Below are positions 45,601 through 59,740 of a stretch of DNA of 64,000 nt, in pieces. The DNA is from Eledone cirrhosa (Eukaryota). The notes beneath the pieces are model-generated. The model searched no databases. It had not been told where the DNA came from and saw nothing but the letters and a program-made list of their open reading frames with translations. Position 1 is the first letter of the stretch; each line of letters begins with the position of its first letter. A program made the translations under genes and the position numbers. The stretch spans positions 372,558,001-372,622,000 of the forward strand of contig OZ024742.1 in NCBI GenBank assembly GCA_964016885.1, given 5' to 3'.

Positions 45601-46735
45601 TTCTATAAACTGTAAATCTCATTCTATGAACTGTAAATCTCTTTCTATATAAACTGTAAATCTCATTCTATATAAACTGTAAATCTCATTCTATAAACTG
45701 TAAATCTCTTTCTGTATAAACTGTAAATCTCATTCTATATAAACTGTAAATCTCTTTCTATATAAACTGTAAATCTCATTGTATATAAACTGTAAATCTC
45801 TTTCTATATAAACTGTAAATCTCATTCTATATAAACTGTGAATCTCATTCTATAAGCTGTAAATCTCTTTCTATATAAACTGTAAATCTCATATTATATA
45901 CACTGTAAATCTCTTTCTATATAAACTGTAAATCTCATTCTATATAAACTGTAAATCTCATTCTATAAACTGTAAATCTCTTTCCATATAAACTGTAAAT
46001 CTCATTCTATATAAGCTGTAAATCTCATTCTATAAACTGTACATCTCTTTCTATATAAACTGTAAATCCCATTCTATATAAACTGTATATATCATTCTAT
46101 AAACTGTAAATCTCATTCTATAGACTGTAAATCTCTTTCTATATAAACTGTAAATCTCATTCTATATAAACTGTAAATCTCTTTCCATATAAACTGTAAA
46201 TCTCATTCTATATAAACTGTATATATCATTCTATAAACTGTAAATCTCATTCTATAAACTGTAAATCTCTTTCTATATAAACTGTAAATCTCATTCTATA
46301 TAAACTGTAAATATCTTTCTATATGAGCTGTAAATCTCATTCTATATAAACTGTGAATCTCATTCTATATAAACTGTAATTCTCATTCAATATTAACTGT
46401 AAATCTCATTCTATAAACTGTAAATCTCTTTCTATATAAGCTGTAAATCTCATTCTATATAAACTGTAAATCTCATTCTATAAACTGTAAATCTCAGTCT
46501 ATATAAACTGTAAATCTCAGTTTATAAACTGTAGATCTCTTTCTATATAAACTGTAAATCTCATTCTATATAATCTGTAAATCTCATTCTATAAACTGTA
46601 AATCTCATTCTATATAAACTGTAAATCTCTTTCTATATAAACTGTAAATCTCATTCTATATAAACTGTAAATCTCATTCTATAAACTGTAAATCTCTTTC
46701 TATATAAACTGTAAATCTCATTCTATATAAGCTGT
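33740..46735. repeat. About 6.7-kb tandem duplication (about 33740-40030 vs about 40465-46735)
   Basis: cctatac 33831/40557 and 34905/41631 (+6726). cctatac 36563/43266, atgctatag 36946/43649 and agatct 39830/46533 (+6703). Rare variants atcgct, cattgta and ctcagttt are shared. Confidence 0.88.
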
Positions 46736-49700
46736 AAATCTCATTCTATAAACTGTAAATCTCTTTCTATATAAACTGTAAATCTCATTCTATATAAACT
46801 GTATATATCATTCTATAAACTGTAACTCTCAGTCTATAAACTGTAAATCTCGTTCTATATAAACTGTAAATCTCTTTCTATATGAACTATAAATCTCTTT
46901 CTATATAAACTCTGAATATCATTCTATATAAGCTGTAAATCTCATTCTATGAACTGTAAATCTCTTTCTATATAAACTGTAAATCTCATTCTATATAAGC
47001 TGAAAATCTCATTCTATAAACTGTAAATCTCTTTCTATATAAACTGTAAATCTCATTCTATATAAACTGTAAATCTCTTTCTATATAAACTGTAAATTTC
47101 ATTCTATAAACTGTAAATCTCTTTCTATATAAACTGTAAATCTCATTCTATATAAACTGTAAATCTCTTTCTATATAAACTGTAAATCTCATTCTATATA
47201 AACTGTGAATCTCATTCTATAAACTGTAAATCTCTTTCTATATAAACTGTAAATATCATTCTATATACACTGTAAATCTCTTTCTATATAAACTGTAAAT
47301 CTCATTCTATATAAACTGTAAATCTCATTCTATAAACTGTAAATCTCTTTCTATATAAACTGTAAATCTCGTTCTATATAAGCTGTAAATCTCATTCTAT
47401 AAACTGTAAATCTCTTTCTATATAAACTGTAAATCCCATTCTATATAAACTGTATATATCATTCTATAAACTGTAAATCACATTCTATAAACTGTAAATC
47501 TCTTTCTATATAAACTGTAAATCTCATTCTATATAAACTGTAAATCTCTTTCTATATGAACTGTAAATCTCATTCTATATAAATTGTAAATCTCATTCTA
47601 TAAACTGTGAATCTCATTCTATATAAACTGTAAATCTCATTCTATAAACTGTAAATCTCATTCTATGAACTGTAAATCTCTTTCTATATAAACTGTAAAT
47701 CTCATTCTATATAAACTGTAAATCTCATTCTATAAACTGTAAATCTCTTTCTGTATAAACTGTAAATCTCATTCTATATAAACTGTAAATCTCTTTCTAT
47801 ATAAACTGTAAATTTCATTCTATAAACTGTAAATCTATTTCTATATAGACTGTAAATCTCTTTCTATATAAACTGTAAATCTCTTTCTATATAAACTGTA
47901 AATCTCATTCTATATAAACTGTAAATCTCATTCTATAAACTGTAAATCTCTTTCTATATAAACTGTAAATCTCATATTATATACACTGTAAATCTCTTTC
48001 TATATAAACCGTAAATCTCATTCTATATAAATTGTAAATCTCATTCTATAAACTGTGAATCTCATTCTATATAAACTGTAAATCTCATTCTATAAACTGT
48101 AAATCTCATTCTATGAACTGTAAATCTCTTTCTATATAAACTGTAAATCTCATTCTATATAAACTGTAAATCTCATTCTATAAACTGTAAATCTCATTCT
48201 ATATAAACTGTGAATCTCATTCTATATAAACTGTAATTCTCATTCTATATTAACTGTAAATCTCATTCTATAAACTGTAAATCTCTTTCTATATAAGCTG
48301 TAAATCTCATTCTATATAAACTGTAAATTTCATTCTATAAACTGTAAATCTCTTTCTATATAAACTGTAAATCTCATTCTATATAAACTGTAAATCTCTT
48401 TCTATATAAACTGTAAATCTCATTCTATATAAACTGTGAATCTCATTCTATAAGCTGTAAATCTCTTTCTATATAAACTGTAAATCTCATATTATATACA
48501 CTGTAAATCTCTTTCTATATAAACTGTAAATCTCATTCTATATAAACTGTAAATCTCATTCTATAAACTGTAAATCTCTTTCCATATAAACTGTAAATCT
48601 CATTCTATATAAGCTGTAAATCTCATTCTATAAACTGTAAATCTCTTTCTATATAAACTGTAAATCTCATTCTATATAAACTGTATATATCATTCTATAA
48701 ACTGTAACTCTCAGTCTATAAACTGTAAATCTCGTTCTATATAAACTGTAAATCGCTTTCTATATGAACTATAAATCTCTTTCTATATAAACTCTGAATC
48801 TCATTCTATATAAGCTGTAAATCTCATTCTATGAACTGTAAATCTCTTTCTATATAAACTGTAAATCTCATTCTATATTAGCTGTAAATCTCATTCTATA
48901 AACTGTAAATCTCTTTCTATATAAACTGTAAATCTCATTCTATATAAACTGTAAATCTCTTTCTATATAAACTGTGAATCTCATTCTATATAAACTGTAA
49001 ATCTCTTTCTATATAAACTGTAAATCTCATTCTATATAAACTGTGAATCTCATTCTATAAACTGTAAATCTCTTTCTATATAAACTGTAAATATCATTCT
49101 ATATACACTGTCAATCTCTTTCTATATAAACTGTAAATCTCATTCTATATAAACTGTAAATCTCATTCTGTAAACTGTAAATCTCTTTCTATATAAACTG
49201 TAAATCTCGTTCTATATAAGCTGTAAATCTCATTCTATAAACTGTAAATCTCTTTCTATATAAACTGTAAATCCCATTCTATATAAACTGTATATATCAT
49301 TCTATAAACTGTAAATCACATTCTATAAACTGTAAATCTCTTTCTATATAAACTGTAAATCTCATTCTATATAAACTGTAAATCTCTTTCTATATGAACT
49401 GTAAATCTCATTCTATATAAATTGTAAATCTCATTCTATAAACTGTGAATCTCATTCTAGATAAACTGTAAATCTCATTCTATAAACTGTAAATCTCATT
49501 CTATGAACTGTAAATCTCTTTCTATATAAACTGTAAATCTCATTCTATATAAACTGTAAATCTCATTCTATAAACTGTAAATCTCTTTCTGTATAAACTG
49601 TAAATCTCACTCTATATAAACTGTAAATCTCTTTCTATATAAACTGTAAATTTCATTCTATAAACTGTAAATCTCTTTCTATATAAACTGTAAATCTCAT

Positions 49701-52700
49701 TCTATATAAACTGTAAATCTCTTTCTATATAAACTGTAAATCTCATTCTATATAAACTGTGAATCTCATTCTATAAGCTGTAAATCTCTTTCTATATAAA
49801 CTGTAAATCTCATATTATATACACTGTAAATCTCTTTCTATATAAACTGTGAATCTCATTCTATATAAACTGTAAATCTCATTCTATAAACTGTAAATCT
49901 CTTTCCATATAAACTGTAAATCTCATTCTATATAAGCTGTAAATCTCATTCTATAAACTGTACATCTCTTTCTATATAAACTGTAAATCCCATTCTATAT
50001 AAACTGTATATATCATTCTATAAACTGTAAATCTCATTCTATAAACTGTAAATCTCTTTCTATATAAACTGTAAATCTCATTCTATATAAACTGTAAATC
50101 TCTTTCCATATAAACTGTAAATCTCATTCTATATAAACTGTATATATCATTCTATAAACTGTAAATCTCATTCTATAAACTGTAAATCTCTTTCTATATA
50201 AACTGTAAATCTCATTCTATATAAACTGTAAATATCTTTCTATATGAGCTGTAAATCTCATTCTATATAAACTGTGAATCTCATTCTATATAAACTGTAA
50301 TTCTCATTCAATATTAACTGTAAATCTCATTCTATAAACTGTAAATCTCTTTCTATATAAGCTGTAAATCTCATTCTATATAAACTGTAAATCTCATTCT
50401 ATAAACTGTAAATCTCATTCTATATAAACTGTAAATCTCAGTTTATAAACTGTAAAACTCTTTCTATATAAACTGTAAATCTCATTCTATATAATCTGTA
50501 AATCTCATTCTATAAACTGTAAATCTCATTCTATATAAACTGTAAATCTCTTTCTATATAAACTGTAAATCTCATTCTATATAAACTGTAAATCTCATTC
50601 TATAAACTGTAAATCTCTTTCTATATAAACTGTAAATCTCATTTTATATAAGCTGTAAATCTCATTCTATAAACTGTAAATCTCTTTCTATATAAACTGT
50701 AAATCTCATTCTATACAAACTGTATATATCATTCTATAAACTGTAACTCTCAGTCTATAAACTGTAAATCTCGTTCTATATAAACTGTAAATCTCTTTCT
50801 ATATGAACTATAAATCTCTTTCTATATAAACTCTGAATCTCATTCTATATAAGCTGTAAATCTCATTCTATGAACTGTAAATCTCTTTCTATATAAACTG
50901 TAAATCTCTTTCTATATAAACTGTAAATCTCATTCTATATAAACTGTAAATCTCTTTCTATATGAACTGTAAATCTCATTCTATATAAATTGTAAATCTC
51001 ATTCTATAAACTGTGAATCTCATTTTATATAAACTGTAAATCTCATTCTATAAACTGTAAATCTCATTCTATGAACTGTAAATCTCTTTCTATATAAACT
51101 GTAAATCTCATTCTATATAAACTGTAAATCTCATTCTATAAACTGTAAATCTCTTTCTGTATAAACTGTAAATCTCATTCTATATAAACTGTAAATCTCT
51201 TTCTATATAAACTGTAAATTTCATTCTATAAACTGTAAATCTCTTTCTATATAGACTGTAAATCTCATTCTATATAAACTGTAAATCTCTTTCTATATAA
51301 ACTGTAAATCTCATTCTATATAAACTGTGAATCTCATTCTATAAGCTGTAAATCTCTTTCTATATAAACTGTAAATCTCATATTATATACACTGTAAATC
51401 TCTTTCTATATAAACTGTAAATCTCATTCTATATAAACTGTAAATCTCATTCTATAAACTGTAAATCTCTTTCCATATAAACTGTAAATCTCATTCTATA
51501 TAAGCTGTAAATCTCATTCTATAAACTGTACATCTCTTTCTATATAAACTGTAAATCCCATTGTATATAAACTGTATACATCATTCTATAAACTGTAAAT
51601 CTCATTCTATAAACTGTAAATCTCTTTCTATATAAACTGTAAATCTCATTCTATATAAACTGTAAATCTCTTTCCATATAAACTGTAAATCTCATTCTAT
51701 ATAAACTGTATATATCATTCTATAAACTGTAAATCTCATTCTATAAACTGTAAATCTCTTTCTATATGAACTGTAAATCTCATTCTATATAAACTGTAAA
51801 TATCTTTCTATAGGAGCTGTAAATCTCATTCTATATAAACTGTGAATCTCATTCTATATAAACTGTAAATCTCTTTCTATATAAACTGTAAATCTCATTC
51901 TATAAACTGTAAATCTCTTTCTATATAAACTGTAAATCTCATTCTATATAAGCTGTAAATCTCATTCTATAAACTGTAAATCTCTTTCTATATAAACTGT
52001 AAATCTCATTCTATATAAACTGTATATATCATTCTATAAACTGTAACTCTCAGTCTATAAACTGTAAATCTCGTTCTATATAAACTGTAAATCTCTTTCT
52101 ATATGAACTATAAATCTCTTTCTATATAAACTCTGAATCTCATTCTATATAAGCTGTAAATCTCATTCTATGAACTGTAAATCTCTTTCTATATAAACTG
52201 TAAATCTCATTCTATATAAGCTGAAAATCTCATTCTATAAACTGTAAATCTCTTTCTATATAAACTGTAAATCTCATTCTATATAATCTGTAAATCTCTT
52301 TCTATATAAACTGTAAATTTCATTCTATAAACTGTAAATCTCATTCTATATAAACTGTAAATCTCATTCTATATAAACTGTAAATCTCTTTCTATATAAA
52401 CTGTAAATCTCATTCTATATAAACTGTGAATCTCATTCTATAAACTGTAAATCTCATTCTACATAAACTGTAAATATCATTCTATATACACTGTAAATCT
52501 CTTTATATATAAACTGTAAATCTCATTCTATATAAACTGTAAATCTCATTCTATAAACTGTAAATCTCTTTCTATATAAACTGTAAATCTCGTTATATAT
52601 AAACTGTAAATCCCATTCTATATAAACTGTATATATCATTCTATAAACTGTAAATCACATTCTATAAACTGTAAATCTCTTTCTATATAAACTGTAAATC

Positions 52701-54769
52701 TCATTCTATATAAACTGTAAATCTCTTTCTATATGAACTGTAAATCTCATTCTATATAAATTGTAAATCTCATTCTATAAACTGTGAATCTCATTCTATA
52801 TAAACTGTAAATCTCATTCTATGAACTGTAAATCTCATTCTATGAACTGTAAATCTCTTTCTATATAAACTGTAAATCTCATTCTATATAAACTGTAAAT
52901 CTCATTCTATAAACTGTAAATCTCTTTCTGTATAAACTGTAAATCTCATTCTACATAAACTGTAAATCTCTTTCTATATAAACTGTAAATTTCATTCTAT
53001 AAACTGTAAATCTCTTTCTATATAAACTGTAAATCTCATTCTATATAAACTGTATATTTCTTTCTATATAAACTGTAAATCTCATTCTATATAAACTGTG
53101 AATCTCATTTTATAAGCTGTAAATCTCTTTCCATATAAACTGTAAATCTCATTCTATATAAGCTGTAATTCTCATTCTATAAACTGTACATCTCTTTCTA
53201 TATAAACTGTAAATCCCATTCTATATAAACTGTATATATCATTCTATAAACTGTAAATCTCATTCTATAAACTGTAAATCTCTTTCTATATAAACTGTAA
53301 ATCTCATTCTATATAAACTGTAAATCTAATTCTATATTAACTGTAAATCTGATTCTATAAACTGTAAATCTCTTTCTATATAAACTCTTAATCTCATTCT
53401 ATATAAACTGTAAATCTCATTCTATATAAATTGTATATATCATTCTATAAACTGTAAATCTCATTCTATAAACTGTAAATCTCTTTCTATATAAACTGTA
53501 AATCTCATTCTATATAAACTGTAAATCTCATTCTATATTAACTGTAAATCTGATTCTATAAACTGTAAATCTCTTTCTATATAAACTGTGAATCTCATTC
53601 TATATAAACTGTAAATCTTATTCTATATAAACTGTAAATCTCATTCTATAAACTGTAAATCTCTTTCTATATAAACTGTAAATCTCATTCTATATAAACT
53701 GTAAATCTCTTTCTATATAAACTGTAAATTTCATTCTATAAACTGTAAATCTCTTTCTATATAAACTGTAAATTTCATTCTATATAAACTGTATATATCA
53801 TTCTATAAACTGTAAATAACATTCTATAAACTGTAAATCTCTTTCTATATAAACTGTAAATCTCATTCTATATAAACTGTAAATCTCTTTCTATATGAAC
53901 TGTAAATCTCATTCTATATAAATTGTAAATCTCATTCTATAAACTGTCAATCTCATTCTATATAAACTGTAAATCTCATTCTATAAACTGTAAATCTCAT
54001 TCTATGAACTGTAAATCTCTTTCTATATAAACTGTAAATCTCATTCTATATAAACTGTAAATCTCATTCTATAAACTGTAAATCTATTTCTGTATAAACT
54101 GTAAATCTCATTCTATATAAACTGTAAATCTCTTTCTATATAAACTGTAAATTTCATTCTATAAACTGTAAATCTCTTTCTATATAAACTGTAAATCTCA
54201 TTCTATATAAACTCTAAATCTCTTTCTATATAAACTGTAAATCTCATTCTATATAAACTGTGAATCTCATTCTATAAGCTGTAAATCTCTTTCTATATAA
54301 ACTGTAAATCTCATTCTATATAAATTGTAAATCTCATTCTATAAACTGTAAATCTCTTTCTGTATAAACTGTAAATCTCATTCTACATAAACTGTAAATC
54401 TCTTTCTATATAAACTGTAAATTTCATTCTATAAACTGTAAATCTCTTTCTATATAAACTGTAAATCTCATTCTATATAAACTGTAAATCTAATTCTATA
54501 TTAACTGTAAATCTGATTCTATAACCTGTAAATCTCTTTCTATATAAACTGTAAATCTCACTCTATATAAACTGTAAATCTCTTTCTATATAAACTGTAA
54601 ATCTTGTTCTATATAAGCTGTAAATCTCATTCTATATAATCTGTATATATCATTCTATAAACTGTAACTCTCATTCTATAAACTGTAAATCTCTTTCTAT
54701 ATAAACTGTAAATCTCATTCTATATAAACTGTAAATCTCTTTCTATATAAACTGTAAATCTCATTCTAT

Positions 54770-56700
54770 ATAAACTGTATATATCATTCTATAAACTGTA
54801 AATCTCATTCTATAAACTGTAAATCTCTTTCTATATAAACTGTAAATCTCATTCTATATAAACTGTAAATATCTTTCTATATGAACTGTAAATCTCATTC
54901 TATATAAACTGTGAATCTCATTCTATATAAACTGTAATTCTCATTCTATATTATCTGTAAATCTCATTCTATAAACTGTAAATCTCTTTCTATATAAGCT
55001 GTAAATCTCATTCTATATAAACTGTAAATCTCATTCTATAAACTGTAAATCTCTTTCTGTATAAACTGTAAATCTCATTCTACATAAACTGTAAATCTCT
55101 TTCTATATAAACTGTAAATTTCATTCTATAAACTGTAAATCTCTTTCTATATAAACTGTAAATCTCATTCTATATAAACTGTAAATTTCCTTCTATATAA
55201 ACTGTAAATCTCTTTCTATATAAACTCTGAATCTCATTCTATATAAGCTGTAAATCTCATTCTATGAACTGTAAATCTCTTTCTATATAAGCTGTAAATC
55301 TCATTCTATAAACTGTAAATCTCTTTCTATATAAACTGTAAATCTCATTCTATATAAACTGTAAATCTCTTTCTATATAAACTGTAAATTTCATTTTATA
55401 AACTGTAAATCTCTTTCTATATAAACTGTAAATCTCATTCTATATAAACTGTAAATCTCTTTCTATATAAACTGTAAATCTCATTCTATATAAACTGTGA
55501 ATCTCATTCTATAAACTGTAAATCTCTTTCTATACAAACTGTAAATATCATTCTATATACACTGTAAATCTCTTTCTATATAAACTGTAAATCTCATTCT
55601 ATATAAACTGTAAATCTCATTCTATAAACTGTAAATCTCTTTCTATATAAACTGTAAATCTCGTTCTATATAAGCTGTAAATCTCATTCTATAAACCGTA
55701 AATCTCTTTCTATATAAACTGTAAATCCCATTCTATATAAACTGTATATATCATTCTATAAACTGTAAATCTCATTCTATAAACTGTAAATCTCTTTCTA
55801 TATAAACTGTAAATCTCATTCTATATAAACTGTAAATATCTTTCTATATGAACTGTAAATCTCATTCTATATAAACTGTGAATCTCATTCTATATAAACT
55901 GTAATTCTCATTCTATATTATCTGTAAATCTCATTCTATAAACTGTAAATCTCTTTCTATATAAGCTGTAAATCTCATTCTATATAAACTGTAAATCTCA
56001 TTCTATAAACTGTAAATCTCTTTCTGTATAAACTGTAAATCTCATTCTACATAAACTGTAAATCTCTTTCTATATAAACTGTAAATTTCATTCTATAAAC
56101 TGTAAATCTCTTTCTATATAAACTGTAAATCTCATTCTATATAAACTGTAAATTTCCTTCTATATAAACTGTAAATCTCTTTCTATATAAACTCTGAATC
56201 TCATTCTATATAAGCTGTAAATCTCATTCTATGAACTGTAAATCTCTTTCTATATAAGCTGTAAATCTCATTCTATAAACTGTAAATCTCTTTCTATATA
56301 AACTGTAAATCTCATTCTATATAAACTGTAAATCTCTTTCTATATAAACTGTAAATTTCATTTTATAAACTGTAAATCTCTTTCTATATAAACTGTAAAT
56401 CTCATTCTATATAAACTGTAAATCTCTTTCTATATAAACTGTAAATCTCATTCTATATAAACTGTGAATCTCATTCTATAAACTGTAAATCTCTTTCTAT
56501 ACAAACTGTAAATATCATTCTATATACACTGTAAATCTCTTTCTATATAAACTGTAAATCTCATTCTATATAAACTGTAAATCTCATTCTATAAACTGTA
56601 AATCTCTTTCTATATAAACTGTAAATCTCGTTCTATATAAGCTGTAAATCTCATTCTATAAACTGTAAATCTCTTTCTATATAAACTGTAAATCCCATTC
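54770..56700. repeat. 967-bp tandem duplication
   Basis: ttatctg 54951/55918 (+967). Both copies share tttcctt, cattttat and ctatacaaa in the same order. Confidence 0.82.
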
Positions 56701-59700
56701 TATATAAACTGTATATATCATTCTATAAACTGTAAATCACATTCTATAAACTGTAAATCTCTTTCTATATAAACCGTAAATCTCATTCTATATAAACTGT
56801 AAATCTCTTTCTATATGAACTGTAAATCTCATTCTATATAAATTGTAAATCTCATTCTATAAACTGTAAATCTCATTCTATGAACTGTAAATCTCTTTCT
56901 ATATAAACTGTAAATCTCATTCTATATAAACTGTAAATCTCATTCTATAAACTGTAAATCTCTTTCTGTATAAACTGTAAATCTCATTCTATATAAACTG
57001 TAAATCTCTTTCTATATAAACTGTAAATTTCATTCTATAAACTGTAAATCTCTTTCTATATAAACTGTAAATCTCATTCTATATAAACTGTAAATCTCTT
57101 TCTATATAAACTGTAAACCTCATTCTATATAAACTGTGAATCTCATTCTATAAGCTGTAAATCTCATTCTATAAGCTGTAAATCTCTTTCTATATAAACT
57201 GTAAATCTCATTCTATATACACTGTAAATCTCTTTCTATATAAACTGTAAATCTCATTCTATATAAACTGTAAATCTCATTCTATAAACTGTAAATCTCT
57301 TTCCATATAAACTGTAAATCTCATTCTATATAAGCTGTAAATCTCATTCTATAAACTGTACATCTCTTTCTATATAAACTGTAAATCCCATTCTATATAA
57401 ACTGTATATATCATTCTATAAACTGTAAATCTCATTCTATAAACTGTAAATCTCTTTCTATATAAACTGTTAATCTCATTCTTTATAAACTGTAAATCTA
57501 ATTCTATATTAACTGTAAATCTGATTCTATAAACTGTAAATCTCATTCTATATAAACTGTAAATCTCTTTCTATATAAACTGTAAATTTCATTCTATAAA
57601 CTGTAAATCTCTTTCTATATAAACTGTAAATCTCATTCTATATAAACTGTAAATCTAATTCTATATTAACTGTAAATCTGATTCTATAAACTGTAAATCT
57701 CTTTCTATATAAACTGTAAATCTCACTCTATGTAAACTGTAAATCTCTTTCTATATAAACTGTAAATCTTGTTCTATATAAGCTGTAAATCTCATTCTAT
57801 ATAATCTGTATATATCATTCTATAAACTGTAACTCTCATTCTATAAACTGTAAATCTCTTTCTATATAAACTGTAAATCTCATTCTATATAAACTGTAAA
57901 TCTCTTTCTATATAAACTGTAAATCTCATTCTATATAAACTGTATATATCATTCTATAAACTGTAAATCTCATTCTATAAACTGTAAATCTCTTTCTATA
58001 TAAACTGTAAATCTCATTCTATATAAACTGTAAATATCTTTCTATATGAACTGTAAATCTCATTCTATATAAACTGTGAATCTCATTCTATATAAACTGT
58101 AATTCTCATTCTATATTATCTGTAAATCTCATTCTATAAACTGTAAATCTCTTTCTATATAAGCTGTAAATCTCATTCTATATAAACTGTAAATCTCATT
58201 CTATAAACTGTAAATCTCTTTCTGTATAAACTGTAAATCTCATTCTACATAAACTGTAAATCTCTTTCTATATAAACTGTAAATTTCATTCTATAAACTG
58301 TAAATCTCTTTCTATATAAACTGTAAATCTCATTCTATATAAACTGTAAATTTCCTTCTATATAAACTGTAAATCTCTTTCTATATAAACTCTGAATCTC
58401 ATTCTATATAAGCTGTAAATCTCATTCTATGAACTGTAAATCTCTTTCTATATAAGCTGTAAATCTCATTCTATAAACTGTAAATCTCTTTCTATATAAA
58501 CTGTAAATCTCATTCTATATAAACTGTAAATCTCTTTCTATATAAACTGTAAATTTCATTTTATAAACTGTAAATCTCTTTCTATATAAACTGTAAATCT
58601 CATTCTATATAAACTGTAAATCTCTTTCTATATAAACTGTAAATCTCATTCTATATAAACTGTGAATCTCATTCTATAAACTGTAAATCTCTTTCTATAC
58701 AAACTGTAAATATCATTCTATATACACTGTAAATCTCTTTCTATATAAACTGTAAATCTCATTCTATATAAACTGTAAATCTCATTCTATAAACTGTAAA
58801 TCTCTTTCTATATAAACTGTAAATCTCGTTCTATATAAGCTGTAAATCTCATTCTATAAACTGTAAATCTCTTTCTATATAAACTGTAAATCCCATTCTA
58901 TATAAACTGTATATATCATTCTATAAACTGTAAATCACATTCTATAAACTGTAAATCTCTTTCTATATAAACTGTAAATCTCATTCTATATAAACTGTAA
59001 ATCTCTTTCTATATGAACTGTAAATCTCATTCTATATAAATTGTAAATCTCATTCTATAAACTGTAAATCTCCTTCTATGAACTGTAAATCTCTTTCTAT
59101 ATAAACTGTAAATCTCATTCTATATAAACTGTAAATCTCATTCTATAAACTGTAAATCTCTTTCTGTATAAACTGTAAATCTCATTCTATATAAACTGTA
59201 AATCTCTTTCTATATAAACTGTAAATTTCATTCTATAAACTGTAAATCTCTTTCTATATAAACTGTAAATCTCATTCTATATAAACTGTAAATCTCTTTC
59301 TATATAAACTGTAAATCTCATTCTATATAAACTGTGAATCTCATTCTATAAGCTGTAAATCTCATTCTATAAGCTGTAAATCTCTTTCTATATAAACTGT
59401 AAATCTCATTCTATATACACTGTAAATCTCTTTCTATATAAACTGTAAATCTCATTCTATATAAACTGTAAATCTCATTCTATAAACTGTAAATCTCTTT
59501 CCATATAAACTGTAAATCTCATTCTATATAAGCTGTAAATCTCATTCTATAAACTGTACATCTCTTTCTATATAAACTGTAAATCCCATTCTATATAAAC
59601 TGTATATATCATTCTATAAACTGTAAATCTCATTCTATAAACTGTAAATCTCTTTCTATATAAACTGTTAATCTCATTCTTTATAAACTGTAAATCTAAT

Positions 59701-59740
59701 TCTATATTAACTGTAAATCTGATTCTATAAACTGTAAATC
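55740..59740. repeat. 2198-bp offset duplication (about 55740-57540 vs about 57940-59740)
   Basis: ttatc 55918/58116 and ctttat 57481/59679 are both +2198. Confidence 0.82.
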
